64,000 nucleotides of DNA from Lachnospiraceae bacterium. GTDB taxonomy: Bacteria > Bacillota > Clostridia > Lachnospirales > Lachnospiraceae. The stretch lies in contig JAIEFE010000015.1 in NCBI GenBank assembly GCA_029067085.1, positions 55,633 through 119,632 on the forward strand, read 5' to 3'. The position numbers and the translations under genes are program-made. Below, piece by piece: positions 37,150 through 47,570 of the stretch (position 1 is its first letter; every line of letters starts with the position of its first letter). Under the pieces are notes generated by a model. The model was not told where the DNA came from. It ran no database searches and saw nothing but the letters and a program-made list of their open reading frames with translations.

Positions 37150-38913
37150 TCACTCACGGGCTACCGCGTAGTATTCCTCCGGTTTTACCTGCGCGCTCTT
37201 GATCTGCTTTTTGTTTTCATACATGCGCACATCCGCCTGCTGATAGACGTCCATCAGCTTTTCGTCCTCCTGCCCCTTGTCGTATACCGCATAACCGCCG
37301 GCAATGCTGATACGAAGCTTCTGTCCCGGCACAGCGTTATAGCAGTCGATCGCGTCCTTGAAAAGCGCCATTACCTCCTCACAGCGTCCCGCTGCATTCT
37401 CACCGACCAAAACACCGGCGAATTCATCTCCGCCGATCCGAAAACAGGAACCCTTCCCCGCTTCCAGTGCGGATTTTATGATATCCGCGCTGCCGACGAT
37501 CAATTCATCCCCACGCTGATGTCCCAGATGATCGTTCACATACTTTAAATCATTCACATCAAACATCATGATGGCAATCTCCGGAAACTCCTTCTTTTTT
37601 CCTTCCAGCTCCTCAAGCCGTTCCTGAAAAGCCGTACGATTGCCCACACCCGTTAAACCGTCCCGATAAGCAAGCTGGCTGACAAATTCCGCCTGCATAC
37701 CAAGCCTTACCGCATTCACCATTTTCTCCAGACTGGCGCTTCCGTAGCACAGAATAAAGATCAACAGGCCGATGCGCACAAACATAGCACTGTCACTGCT
37801 ATACCCGCTGTAATATCTCGCAATATCTATCCCTGTTGCAAAACAGATTCCCATAAGGCCGACGGTTCGTATCGCTTTGTAGACATTTCTCACATTGCTC
37901 TCACGCACGGCAAACGCATTTTTTACAATTGAATACAGCAATATCGCCGCCGAAACGGCCAGCATGATGTGGGTGAGCGTCAGCGTCTCATGAAAATCCA
38001 TGATCCCCGTAAAATGCAGAAGAGTGCAGAGGAAAAACTCAGCTCCTGACGTACAGCAGATGAGCGGCACCACCCATTTCCTTTTAAAGCCGAAGGCTGC
38101 ATCCAGATAAAGCAGCAGCGGAATCGGAATCATCATCAGCGAACAGCAGGACAGCGTCTGCAGCAGCCGGCTGTCATCCGTGTAAAACTGTAACAGATTT
38201 GTCTCCGCGAGACACCAGACGGCGATGCTGATGGCAAACAGCCCCAGATAAAGCAGCTCATGGTTCTTATTCATCTGCAGATTGGCCGGAATATCCGCTA
38301 TGATCAATAGAAAACCCGCAAACAGCAGAAGCAGGCAGGTTGAAAAAGCTACTGTCTTTCCCGTAATCGTACCCGCAATTTCCCCGGCCGCCGAACCGAG
38401 CGTAAGATGGTCGATACATGACCTTGCATTCTGATATACAGTCTGAAACCGAATCTCCACAGAAGCGCCCGCATCCGCCGCATAGAGCGGAACATAACTC
38501 CACCTTGTTCCGAGAGAGCGGTTGTAGACGCTGCTTTCCCGTATCTTAGGCTCATAGCGCAGCTCGCCGTCCACATAGACCTGATAGATGATATTTTTCG
38601 ATCGAAAACACAGAGATTTTCCCTCTCCCAGATCAGACGGCAGACTGTGATACACGCTCTGTACCTGAAAAGGCTGCACGGAAGGCATTTTATGCAGATG
38701 ATCCATATCCGCCGCAGTGCCGTCCGCTATATGCCATCCCTCTGCAAAGGCGACATTTCCCTCCGATAACAGTGTCGCCGGCGACTGCCCTCTGTTCGTG
38801 ACCGCCGCCCACAGGATCATCGTAAAAAAGACTGCAGCCATAGCAGTATAAAGCACATGATATCTTTTATTCTTTTTCCTTATTTTTTTCGTTTCCCTTC
38901 CCGTCACGTTCAT
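37150..38913 (-). CDS. Membrane-bound diguanylate cyclase (extracellular domain, ~7 TM, GGDEF)
   Basis: DGLTGVGNR, RIGGDEF, ADVRMYENK; start codon uncertain. Confidence 0.88.
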   Translation of the reverse strand: MNVTGRETKKIRKKNKRYHVLYTAMAAVFFTMILWAAVTNRGQSPATLLSEGNVAFAEGWHIADGTAADMDHLHKMPSVQPFQVQSVYHSLPSDLGEGKSLCFRSKNIIYQVYVDGELRYEPKIRESSVYNRSLGTRWSYVPLYAADAGASVEIRFQTVYQNARSCIDHLTLGSAAGEIAGTITGKTVAFSTCLLLLFAGFLLIIADIPANLQMNKNHELLYLGLFAISIAVWCLAETNLLQFYTDDSRLLQTLSCCSLMMIPIPLLLYLDAAFGFKRKWVVPLICCTSGAEFFLCTLLHFTGIMDFHETLTLTHIMLAVSAAILLYSIVKNAFAVRESNVRNVYKAIRTVGLMGICFATGIDIARYYSGYSSDSAMFVRIGLLIFILCYGSASLEKMVNAVRLGMQAEFVSQLAYRDGLTGVGNRTAFQERLEELEGKKKEFPEIAIMMFDVNDLKYVNDHLGHQRGDELIVGSADIIKSALEAGKGSCFRIGGDEFAGVLVGENAAGRCEEVMALFKDAIDCYNAVPGQKLRISIAGGYAVYDKGQEDEKLMDVYQQADVRMYENKKQIKSAQVKPEEYYAVARE

Positions 38914-39128
38914 CCTGCATCTCTCCGTTTCTAATTCCCGTCCCGGCTCACTTTCCAAATACATAGCGTTTTTTATTCTATCATATGCATGGCTGAAATA
39001 CAATGAGCGGACTTTCTTTTCATCCAAACCTTCCCTTTTCACAGAAAATATGGTAGATTGTAACAGAAAAGCAACCATCTTATGGTCCGTTTCGAAAAAC
39101 ACACCTTTATTTAATCAGGAGAACCCCT

Positions 39129-39377
39129 ATGAATGATTCCAAAGATAATGAAAAAAAAGAACAAAAGAAAATAACTCCAAAGCGGATCACAGCGCTTGTC
39201 TGCGCCGTTCTTCTCGCAGGGTTCTATGTGGGAGGGCTCATCCTGATCTGTCTGAACCCGGCTTCCTTCGGACGTCTCTTTGCCGGATGGCTTGGCGGGG
39301 TCATAGGTCTGCCGATTCTGCTCTGGCTTCTGATCTGGTCTTATCATCTTATGAAAAAACGGCGGGACGAAGACTGA
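39129..39377 (+). CDS. Small 2-TM membrane protein
   Basis: GGAG RBS, two hydrophobic helices, charged termini. Confidence 0.7.
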   Translation: MNDSKDNEKKEQKKITPKRITALVCAVLLAGFYVGGLILICLNPASFGRLFAGWLGGVIGLPILLWLLIWSYHLMKKRRDED

Positions 39378-40080
39378 TATCCTTCACCACTTCCCCTGCG
39401 ATGATGAGCCCGGCCACAGAGGGGACAAAAGCTGCGCTGCCGGGAACTGCCCTGCGTTTCTCTCCCACCTCTGCCGACTGATTCCCGACCGGGATGATCG
39501 GCTCTTCCTCCGAATAAACCACCTTCAAATGCTCCACCTGCCGCTTCTTTAACTCCCTGCGCATCACTCTGGCGAGAGGGCATACCCTCGTGTCATAAAT
39601 ATCCGCCACCCGAAAAGCGGAGGCGTCCAGCTTGTTTCCCGCTCCCATACTGCTTATGATCGGCACACTCTTTTCCCGGGCGCGCATCACCAGCTCGATC
39701 TTTGCCGTCACGGTATCCACCGCATCCACCACATAATCGTATTCTTCAAAAGGAAAGCGGTCCGCATTTTCCGGCAGGAAAAAGCAGGGGTAAACCCGCA
39801 CCAGAGCATCCGGATTGATCTCCAGGATCCGCTCCCGCATCACATCCGTTTTCTCTCTTCCGACCGTTTTGTGCGTAGCAATGATCTGGCGGTTCAAATT
39901 CGAGAGGGCCACTTGATCCTTATCGATCAGGTCAAGGGCTCCCACACCGCTTCGTGCAAGCGCTTCGCACACATAGCCGCCCACGCCGCCTACGCCGAAC
40001 ACCGCCACTCGGGAACGGGCCAGCCTGTCCATCGCTTCTTCTCCCAAAAGCATCTCTGTTCTGCAAAATTCTTCCCGCAT
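39349..40080 (-). CDS. tcdA: tRNA threonylcarbamoyladenosine dehydratase (ThiF family)
   Basis: GVGGVG, SNLNRQ, SSMGAG, CPLARVMR, VVYSEE. Confidence 0.9.
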   Translation of the reverse strand: MREEFCRTEMLLGEEAMDRLARSRVAVFGVGGVGGYVCEALARSGVGALDLIDKDQVALSNLNRQIIATHKTVGREKTDVMRERILEINPDALVRVYPCFFLPENADRFPFEEYDYVVDAVDTVTAKIELVMRAREKSVPIISSMGAGNKLDASAFRVADIYDTRVCPLARVMRRELKKRQVEHLKVVYSEEEPIIPVGNQSAEVGEKRRAVPGSAAFVPSVAGLIIAGEVVKDISLRPAVFS

Positions 40081-40113
40081 AATCTCCTCTTTTCTACAAA
40101 CTCTAACATTATG

Positions 40114-41469
40114 TCAGACTTTTTTACTGCAATTCAGTTTTCGATAAAGTGTAACATACATCGTCACAAAGCATGCCAGTCCGCCGATGGCATTGGAGAT
40201 CGGTTCTGCCAGAAACACCCCGTTCACGCCAAATCCAAATCTCGGCAAAAGCACAGTCAGGGGCGCAACGATCACCGCCTTGCGGAGCAGAGAGAAAAAG
40301 ATCGCATGGCGGGAATCCCCCAGCGCCGTAAAGGCGGACTGCCCCGTAAACTGAAAGGCCATAAAGAAGAAACCGAAAAAATACAGCCGCATCGCGCCCA
40401 CTCCGGCTTCGATCATGGCGGCGTCCTCCGTAAACACTGACAACAGCAGATGCGGACTCAGGATGACCAAAAGCCACGCCAACAGCGTATACACGATTCC
40501 CAGAGCGGCGGTAAAACGGATTCCCTGCCGGACTCTTGTATATGCCTTCGCGCCGTAGTTATATCCCAGCACCGGCTGCGCGCCGCTTGTAATGCCGCTG
40601 ACCGGCAGGGCCAGGATCTCTCTGGCGGAATTGATCACCGTCATCACCCCAACATAGAGGTCACCGCCATAGACTTTCAAGGTGGCATTGCATACTACCT
40701 GCACCAGACAATTTGTCCCCTGCATGATAAAACCTGACATTCCCAGTGTCATGATCTCCTTCGCCAGCTTTCCGTCTATCCGCAGATCAGCCTTTTTTAT
40801 GGGAAGCAGGGCCTTCCTGCCGGTCAGAAACCGCAGCACCCAGATACAGGAAACGGCCTGACTGAGCACCGTGGCCAGCGCCGCACCGCCAACACCCATC
40901 TGCAGCCCGAAAATGAAAACAGGGTCCAACACCAGATTGAGCAAGGCTCCTAACAGTGTTGTCATCATGCCGATACGGGGAAATCCCTGCGCATTGATAA
41001 ACCCGTTCAACCCCGTAGCCAGCATGGTAAACGGCGTTCCCCACAGATAGATCCTGAGATAAGCATCGGCATAAAGATAAGAGGCATCGCTTGCACCGAA
41101 CAGATAGAGCACCGGCCTGCGAAACAGATAGCAGAAAAAGAACATCAACACGGATGTTGCAAGCAGGAGGGAAAAGGTATTCCCCAGAATTTTTCCTGCC
41201 CGCTCTTCTCTCCCCGCCCCTCTGGCAATGGAAAAAAGCGGCGTACCACCCGTCCCGAACAGAAAGGTAAGCGCCGCGATCAAAGTCGTTAAGGGAAACA
41301 CCAGGCCTATTCCTGTCAGCGCCATACTGTCCGCGCCCGGCAGATGTCCGATATAAATACGGTCTACTACATTATATAAAAGCTGTACCAGCTGTGCCAG
41401 AATCAACGGAATGGACTGTGCGACAATCCTCTGCCATACCTTTCCCTGCGAAAAATCGTTGGACTGCAT
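40114..41469 (-). CDS. MATE family efflux transporter
   Basis: LYNVVDRIYIG, NLVLDPVFI, GAALATV. Confidence 0.93.
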   Translation of the reverse strand: MQSNDFSQGKVWQRIVAQSIPLILAQLVQLLYNVVDRIYIGHLPGADSMALTGIGLVFPLTTLIAALTFLFGTGGTPLFSIARGAGREERAGKILGNTFSLLLATSVLMFFFCYLFRRPVLYLFGASDASYLYADAYLRIYLWGTPFTMLATGLNGFINAQGFPRIGMMTTLLGALLNLVLDPVFIFGLQMGVGGAALATVLSQAVSCIWVLRFLTGRKALLPIKKADLRIDGKLAKEIMTLGMSGFIMQGTNCLVQVVCNATLKVYGGDLYVGVMTVINSAREILALPVSGITSGAQPVLGYNYGAKAYTRVRQGIRFTAALGIVYTLLAWLLVILSPHLLLSVFTEDAAMIEAGVGAMRLYFFGFFFMAFQFTGQSAFTALGDSRHAIFFSLLRKAVIVAPLTVLLPRFGFGVNGVFLAEPISNAIGGLACFVTMYVTLYRKLNCSKKV

Positions 41470-41585
41470 TGGTGTTATCCTTTTTCTTAAATGTTTTACT
41501 ACATCGGCATCTAAGATTATGATATAATAGTCTCAAAAGAAAAACAAGTAACATACCAAACGTAACATGAAAAGGAGACACCACA

Positions 41586-42743
41586 ATGCAGATTACAAAC
41601 GACATCAGATACATAGGCGTGAATGACCACGACATCGACCTCTTCGAGGGACAGTATATCGTAGAAAACGGGATGGCCTACAATTCTTATGTGATCACGG
41701 ATGATAAAATCGCCGTGATGGATACGGTGGACGCCCACTTTAAGGAAGAGTGGATCGAAAACCTGAAAGCCGTACTGGACGGCCGCAGCCCGGACTACCT
41801 GATCGTACAGCACATGGAGCCGGATCACTCCGCCGGCATAGATGCTTTCGCAAAAGCTTACCCGGATGCGGTGATCGTCGCTTCCGCTCCCGCCTTCACC
41901 ATGATGAAGCAGTTTTTCGGCACGGACTACGCCGACAGACGGCAGATCATAAAGGAGGGGGATTCTCTTTCCTTAGGCACGCACACCCTGCAGTTCGTGG
42001 CCGCGCCGATGGTGCACTGGCCGGAGGTCATGGTCACCTACGACAGCACGGACAAAGTACTCTTCTCCGCCGACGGCTTCGGCAAATTCGGCGCTCTCGA
42101 TGCGGAAGAGGACTGGGCCTGCGAGGCGCGCCGCTACTACTTCGGCATCGTGGGGAAATTCGGTATGCAGGTACAGAATCTTCTGAAAAAGGCTGCTGCC
42201 CTCGACATTCAGATCATCTGCCCGCTGCACGGTCCGATCTTAAAAGAAAACTTGGATTATTATGTAAACCTATATCAGACATGGTCTTCCTACGGCGTAG
42301 AATCAGAGGGCATCATGATCGCCTACACCTCCGTCTACGGCAACACCAAAACGGCGGCTGAGCTTCTCGCAGAAAAACTGACTGCTAAGGGCTGTCCAAA
42401 GGTAGTTGTTGCAGACCTTGCAAGAGAAGATATGGCAGAGTGCGTGGAGGACGCTTTCCGCTACGGCAAGCTGGTGCTGGCCACCACCACCTACAATGCA
42501 GAAATCTTCCCTTTCATGCGGGAATTTATTGATGAACTGATCTCCCATAGCTACCAGAAGCGCACCGTCGCCCTGATGGAGAACGGCTCCTGGGCGCCCA
42601 TGGCAGCGAAAGCTATGCGGACAAGACTGGAGGGCTGTAAGGACATCACCTTCACGGAAAACACCGTACAGATCCGCTCCGCGTTAAATGACGAGAGCAT
42701 TGCGCAGATCGAAACGCTGGCGGAGGAACTCATGGCGAAGTAA
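41586..42743 (+). CDS. fprA: FprA-type flavodiiron protein
   Basis: HMEPDH, MVHWPE, SADGFG, PLHG, flavodoxin SVYGNT. Confidence 0.93.
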   Translation: MQITNDIRYIGVNDHDIDLFEGQYIVENGMAYNSYVITDDKIAVMDTVDAHFKEEWIENLKAVLDGRSPDYLIVQHMEPDHSAGIDAFAKAYPDAVIVASAPAFTMMKQFFGTDYADRRQIIKEGDSLSLGTHTLQFVAAPMVHWPEVMVTYDSTDKVLFSADGFGKFGALDAEEDWACEARRYYFGIVGKFGMQVQNLLKKAAALDIQIICPLHGPILKENLDYYVNLYQTWSSYGVESEGIMIAYTSVYGNTKTAAELLAEKLTAKGCPKVVVADLAREDMAECVEDAFRYGKLVLATTTYNAEIFPFMREFIDELISHSYQKRTVALMENGSWAPMAAKAMRTRLEGCKDITFTENTVQIRSALNDESIAQIETLAEELMAK

Positions 42744-42810
42744 CAAATGCTGACAAAAACCCTATCATGCTGTATCAGCAGTAACTTTTGAATAAACATC
42801 CGCACATTAA

Positions 42811-42855
42811 AAACACCCACTGACTGTTCCCACAGCCAATGGGTGTTTCTTTTTT
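42811..42855. terminator. Bidirectional terminator between convergent genes
   Basis: aaacaccca...tgggtgttt with flanking A and T runs. Confidence 0.7.
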
Positions 42856-42856
42856 C

Positions 42857-43462
42857 TTATGTCTCCACGCCCAGCTTCTTAAGTTCTTCAATGGCCTGCG
42901 CCTGATTTTTGAAATGTATCGTATGTATCCCGAACTGTTCCGCCGCCTCCAGATTCCGCAGCGTATCATCCAGAAACACACACTCCTCCGGTGTCAGATT
43001 ATAACGGTCGATCAGTAACTGATAAATCTCCGGCATGGGTTTGATGATCTTTTCCTGATAAGACAGGATACCCCCATCCATATAGGGAAGAAAATCAAGG
43101 GCAGCCACGCAGTCCTTATGCGCTTTTCTGGAAAAGTTGGACAGATAAAGACACCGGTAACCCTTCTCCTTCAACTTCTGTATCCAGGGAATCGCATAAT
43201 CGTTTCGGAGCACCATAGTCCCCTTATCCGCTAAAGCCAGCCTGATCTCCTTCTCAATGCCGGGGTCGTTATCAATATATCCCTGCATCAACTCCTCATC
43301 GCTCAAAACGCCCCTGTCATTCTCATTCCACATGGGGCTCTTCACGGTGGCGTTCGCCAATCGCTCGAAAATTTCCTCACTAAACCCGAACCTGCGGTAA
43401 TGTGCCTCCCATGCAAAATCCGCCAGCACATTTCCGATGTCAAATATGATGGTTGTGATCAT
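42857..43462 (-). CDS. HAD family phosphatase
   Basis: FDIGNVL, LSN, KP, FLDD. Confidence 0.9.
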   Translation of the reverse strand: MITTIIFDIGNVLADFAWEAHYRRFGFSEEIFERLANATVKSPMWNENDRGVLSDEELMQGYIDNDPGIEKEIRLALADKGTMVLRNDYAIPWIQKLKEKGYRCLYLSNFSRKAHKDCVAALDFLPYMDGGILSYQEKIIKPMPEIYQLLIDRYNLTPEECVFLDDTLRNLEAAEQFGIHTIHFKNQAQAIEELKKLGVET

Positions 43463-43503
43463 CTTCTATCGTTCCTCTTGCCTTATTAGTTTACATAACC
43501 TCA

Positions 43504-44250
43504 TCAACTTCTCATCAGTCCATCCACATGCAGAACCTCTCCGCTGATATAGGATGCTCTGTCCGAAGCCAGGAACACAAAGGCGTTGGCGATATCCTCA
43601 GGCTGTCCCATCCTTCTAAGCGGAATCTGCGCGATCATGGGATCGATCACCTCTTTGGGCACACTGCGCATCATATCCGTGTAGGTGATACCCGGCGCCA
43701 CCGCATTGACACGGATTCCCTTCGGCCCAAGCTCTCTCGCCAGAGAAAGGGTAAAGCCGTTCACCGCAAACTTGGAAGTAGGGTAGGCGATTCCCGCAGG
43801 CTGGCCGTACACGCTCACCATGGACGAAGTGTTCAGGATCACGCCGCTTCCCGCCTCGATCATATATCCGCTCACAGCCTTGGAGCAGTTGAACACACCC
43901 CTGACATTTAAATCCATCACCTTGTCAAAGGTCTCATCCGTGTACTTTTCAAAGGGAGTGCTCTCCGACACGCCCGCATTGTTTACCAGAATGTCGATCT
44001 TTCCATATTTCTTTACCACATCGTCGAAAGCTGCCTTCACTTCCGCATAGTCGGAAAGATTCGGGAAGATTCCCTCCACCTTCGCATCCGCATGAGCCTC
44101 CTTCAAGGCCTGTACCGCCTTTTCAGCCGTCTCCTGACGGCTTGCACACAGAACAACTGTCGCACCTTCCTGCAAAAAAGCTTCGACGGTCGCATAACCG
44201 ATTCCTCTGCTGCCGCCTGTCACGATCGCAACCTTGTTTTCCAGCAACAT
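43504..44250 (-). CDS. SDR oxidoreductase, probable 3alpha-hydroxysteroid dehydrogenase
   Basis: TGGSRGIG, NNAG, YPTSK, NTSSMVSVYGQP. Confidence 0.75.
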   Translation of the reverse strand: MLLENKVAIVTGGSRGIGYATVEAFLQEGATVVLCASRQETAEKAVQALKEAHADAKVEGIFPNLSDYAEVKAAFDDVVKKYGKIDILVNNAGVSESTPFEKYTDETFDKVMDLNVRGVFNCSKAVSGYMIEAGSGVILNTSSMVSVYGQPAGIAYPTSKFAVNGFTLSLARELGPKGIRVNAVAPGITYTDMMRSVPKEVIDPMIAQIPLRRMGQPEDIANAFVFLASDRASYISGEVLHVDGLMRS

Positions 44251-44314
44251 AACCTTCCCTCCTTTATTATTTTAATCTATTCTCGCTGTCTTTTACTTCT
44301 TTCGTATACTGCGC

Positions 44315-45607
44315 TTACTTTTTCAGCGGACTCTCTCTGTAGATGATATCCTCCCTGCCCGGTCCGTTTGAGACCATGGTAATAGGATACCCAATCTGCT
44401 CCTCGATAAACTCCACATAGTTGCGGCAGTTTTCCGGAAGCTCCTCATACTTTTTGATGCCGCGGATCTCACATTTCCAGCCGGGCAGTTTTTTCAGCAA
44501 AGGCTTCGCCTTTTCCAGCTTACAGGTCACAGGAAAATCTGTAGTCACCTCGCCGTCCACCTCATAACCCACGCATACCGGAATTTCATCCAGATAGCCC
44601 AGCACGTCAAGCACGGTAAATGCCACGTCGGTGGTTCCCTGTAAGCGGCAGCCGTACTTGGATGCCACACAGTCAAACCATCCCATTCTTCTGGGTCTTC
44701 CCGTGGTAGCTCCGAACTCGCCGCCATCACCGCCGCGTCTTCTGAGCTCATCCGCCTCATCGCCGAAAATCTCCGACACAAACGCACCCGCACCAACCGC
44801 AGAAGAATATGCCTTGCAGACCGTGATGATCTGTCTGATCTCATAGGGCGGAATGCCTGCGCCGATCGCGCCGTAAGCCGCCAGTGTGGAGGAAGATGTC
44901 ACCATCGGATAGATGCCGTGGTCAGGGTCCTTGAGCGTGCCGAGCTGTCCCTCCAAAAGCACGGTCTTTCCGTCCTTCAACGCCTGATCAAGGTAGGATG
45001 CCGTGTCGCACACATAGGGCGCGATCATCTCCCGGTACTGCTGCATCGTTGCAAACAGCTCTTCGGGATTGAGAGCCGGCTTATGGTAGAGATGCTCCAA
45101 AAGCACATTTTTTGTCACGCACACCCGCTCCAGCTTTTCCTTCAGAACGTCCTCGTGGAAAAGTTCGCTGACCTGAAAACCGATCTTTGCATATTTATCC
45201 GAATAGAAGGGCGCAATCCCCGACTTCGTAGACCCGAAGGACTTTCCGCCGAGTCTCTCTTCCTCATACTGATCGAACAGAATATGGTAAGGCATCACGA
45301 TCTGACAGCGGTCAGACACCAGAATCTTCGGTTTCGGTACATCCCTGTCCGTAAGGGACTTGATCTCCTCCACCAGAATCGGAATGTTAAGCGCTACACC
45401 GTTGCCGATGATACTGGTGGTATGCCCGTAAAACACACCGGACGGCAGGGTATGTAACGCGAACTTACCATAATTATTTACGATGGTGTGTCCCGCATTT
45501 GCACCGCCCTGAAAACGCACCACGATATCCGCTTTCTCCGCCAGCGTATCCGTGATCTTACCTTTTCCCTCGTCGCCCCAGTTGGCGCCCACTACAGCCT
45601 TTACCAT
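44315..45607 (-). CDS. purA: Adenylosuccinate synthetase
   Basis: WGDEGKGK, GGANAGHT, GATTGRPRR. Confidence 0.97.
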   Translation of the reverse strand: MVKAVVGANWGDEGKGKITDTLAEKADIVVRFQGGANAGHTIVNNYGKFALHTLPSGVFYGHTTSIIGNGVALNIPILVEEIKSLTDRDVPKPKILVSDRCQIVMPYHILFDQYEEERLGGKSFGSTKSGIAPFYSDKYAKIGFQVSELFHEDVLKEKLERVCVTKNVLLEHLYHKPALNPEELFATMQQYREMIAPYVCDTASYLDQALKDGKTVLLEGQLGTLKDPDHGIYPMVTSSSTLAAYGAIGAGIPPYEIRQIITVCKAYSSAVGAGAFVSEIFGDEADELRRRGGDGGEFGATTGRPRRMGWFDCVASKYGCRLQGTTDVAFTVLDVLGYLDEIPVCVGYEVDGEVTTDFPVTCKLEKAKPLLKKLPGWKCEIRGIKKYEELPENCRNYVEFIEEQIGYPITMVSNGPGREDIIYRESPLKK

Positions 45608-45731
45608 ACTTGATCCCTCCTTGCTCTGCACACACAAAGAGCCGGTTGTAAAAAACCGACTCCCGTTTCTTACTTTATAATTATAAAGCAAAATACGCTC
45701 TAAATCAATCCTTTCCCGAATTTATACACAA

Positions 45732-47066
45732 CTATTCTCCCGACTTCGCCGCGTGCGCCTTCTTCCACGCCTTGATCTCGGCGAGCCTTTTCTTTAAGGC
45801 TTCCTCCTCGCCCATGCCCGCAGGCCGGTAATATTCCCGTCCCAAAAGCGCATCGGGCAGACACTGCATATTCGTCAGCTTCTCCTCCGTATCATGGGCA
45901 TATTGATAACCCTTCCCGTAATCCATCTCGCGCATGAGTCCCGTGACTCCGTTTCGGATCACCAGAGGCACCGGCTCCGCCAGATCTTCCATGGCATCCG
46001 CCTTCGCCTCATTGTAGGACACTTCCATGGCATTCGACTTGGGCGCAAGGGCTACATAGATCACCGCCTGTGTCAGATGTACATCACACTCCGGCATCCC
46101 CAGAAAATGACAGGCCTGATATGCCGCTACCGCAATCTGCAGAGCGCGGGGATCCGCCAGTCCCACATCCTCACTGGCAAAACGCACTACCCGTCTGGCC
46201 ACATAGAGGGGATCCTCCCCCGCCTCCAGCATCCGCGCCAGCCAATAGACCGCCGCGTCCGGATCGGAGTTTCGCATGGATTTATGCAGGGCGGAAATCA
46301 GATTGTAATGCTCCTCCCCTTTTTTATCATATAAAAGCGATTTTCTCGCGGTGCACTGTTCCAGTGTCTCCTTCGTCACCGTGACCGCGCCCTCCGCGTC
46401 CATCTCGCCGTTTAACACTACCATCTCCAGCGTGGAGAGGGCGTTTCTGGCATCACCGTTCGCGAAGACGGCGAGCATCTCAAGAAGCGCGTCGTCCATG
46501 ATGACCTTCTGCCCGCCAAACCCCTTCGGTGACTGCAGTGCGCGGCGCAAAAGCCCTTTGATCTCCTCCGCGGAAAGTGCCTGCAGCACAAACACCTTAC
46601 AGCGGGACAAGAGCGCGCTGTTGATCTCGAAAGAGGGATTCTCTGTGGTCGCCCCGATCAGAATGATGCTCCCTTTTTCCACATAGGGCAGAAAAGCGTC
46701 CTGCTGTGCCTTATTAAAGCGGTGGATCTCGTCCACAAACAGGATCGTCCTGATGCCATACTGGCGATTCTTCTCCGCCTGCTCCATGACGGTGCGGATC
46801 TCCTTGATGCCGCTGGTCACGGCGGAGAAATCAATAAACGAAGACTTTGTCTTATTCGCGATGATTCTGGCGAGGGTGGTCTTCCCCACACCCGGAGGTC
46901 CCCAGAAGATCATGGAGGAAACCTGATCCTGCTCGATCAGGCGTCTGAGTATCTTTCCCTTCCCGAGCAGATGACTCTGCCCCACATACTCCTCCAGATT
47001 TTCCGGCCGGAGCTTTGCCGCCAAAGGCTGCGGCATTTCCCTGTCAAATAACGATATCTGGTCCAC
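45732..47066 (-). CDS. rarA: Replication-associated recombination protein A (MgsA)
   Basis: WGPPGVGKTT, DEIHRFNKAQQD, ISALHKSMRNSD. Confidence 0.95.
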   Translation of the reverse strand: MDQISLFDREMPQPLAAKLRPENLEEYVGQSHLLGKGKILRRLIEQDQVSSMIFWGPPGVGKTTLARIIANKTKSSFIDFSAVTSGIKEIRTVMEQAEKNRQYGIRTILFVDEIHRFNKAQQDAFLPYVEKGSIILIGATTENPSFEINSALLSRCKVFVLQALSAEEIKGLLRRALQSPKGFGGQKVIMDDALLEMLAVFANGDARNALSTLEMVVLNGEMDAEGAVTVTKETLEQCTARKSLLYDKKGEEHYNLISALHKSMRNSDPDAAVYWLARMLEAGEDPLYVARRVVRFASEDVGLADPRALQIAVAAYQACHFLGMPECDVHLTQAVIYVALAPKSNAMEVSYNEAKADAMEDLAEPVPLVIRNGVTGLMREMDYGKGYQYAHDTEEKLTNMQCLPDALLGREYYRPAGMGEEEALKKRLAEIKAWKKAHAAKSGE

Positions 47067-47071
47067 TTTCT

Positions 47072-47560
47072 CTATCTCTTATTCCATTTGTTATTGCCGT
47101 TATTGTTGTTATTATCTCTGCTATTGTCTTTGGAGTCCTCCTCGGATTTTTCTCCGTCCTTTTTATCGGAAGCCTCCTCCGCAGACGTCTCCGCAAGAGG
47201 CGCAAGGCCATCCGCATTCATGATACACTGACCCTGGAATACCGCATTCTCGTCCACGATCAGGCTCTTGGTGCGAATGTTGCCGATCACCTTACCGGTG
47301 GATGCCACCTCAGTTCTGCCGCCGGAGCACAGATCGCCTTCCAGTGAACCGCCGATGATAATACTGCTGCCCTTCACATTTCCCTTCACCGATCCGCCTG
47401 CGCTGATGATCAATGCGCCCTCGCTCGCCACGTCTCCCGTGACTTTACCCTCCACGCGAACGGCTTCCTTGGCGGAGATATTGCCATCCACCACCATATC
47501 AGAGCCGATGACGCTGCTGATCTTCGCGTTGATCTGTTCCGCTGTCTTTTTTCCCAACAT
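47072..47560 (-). CDS. Bactofilin (polymer-forming cytoskeletal protein)
   Basis: SVIGSDMVVDGNI...VEGKVTGDV...VIGNI...FQGQCIM beta-helix repeats. Confidence 0.88.
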   Translation of the reverse strand: MLGKKTAEQINAKISSVIGSDMVVDGNISAKEAVRVEGKVTGDVASEGALIISAGGSVKGNVKGSSIIIGGSLEGDLCSGGRTEVASTGKVIGNIRTKSLIVDENAVFQGQCIMNADGLAPLAETSAEEASDKKDGEKSEEDSKDNSRDNNNNNGNNKWNKR

Positions 47561-47570
47561 AATATCCTCC

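Noticed and set aside
45635-45665. Hairpin before purA as a purine or ZTP riboswitch
   Set aside because: No aptamer consensus is recognisable; it is more simply a terminator or attenuator hairpin after rarA.
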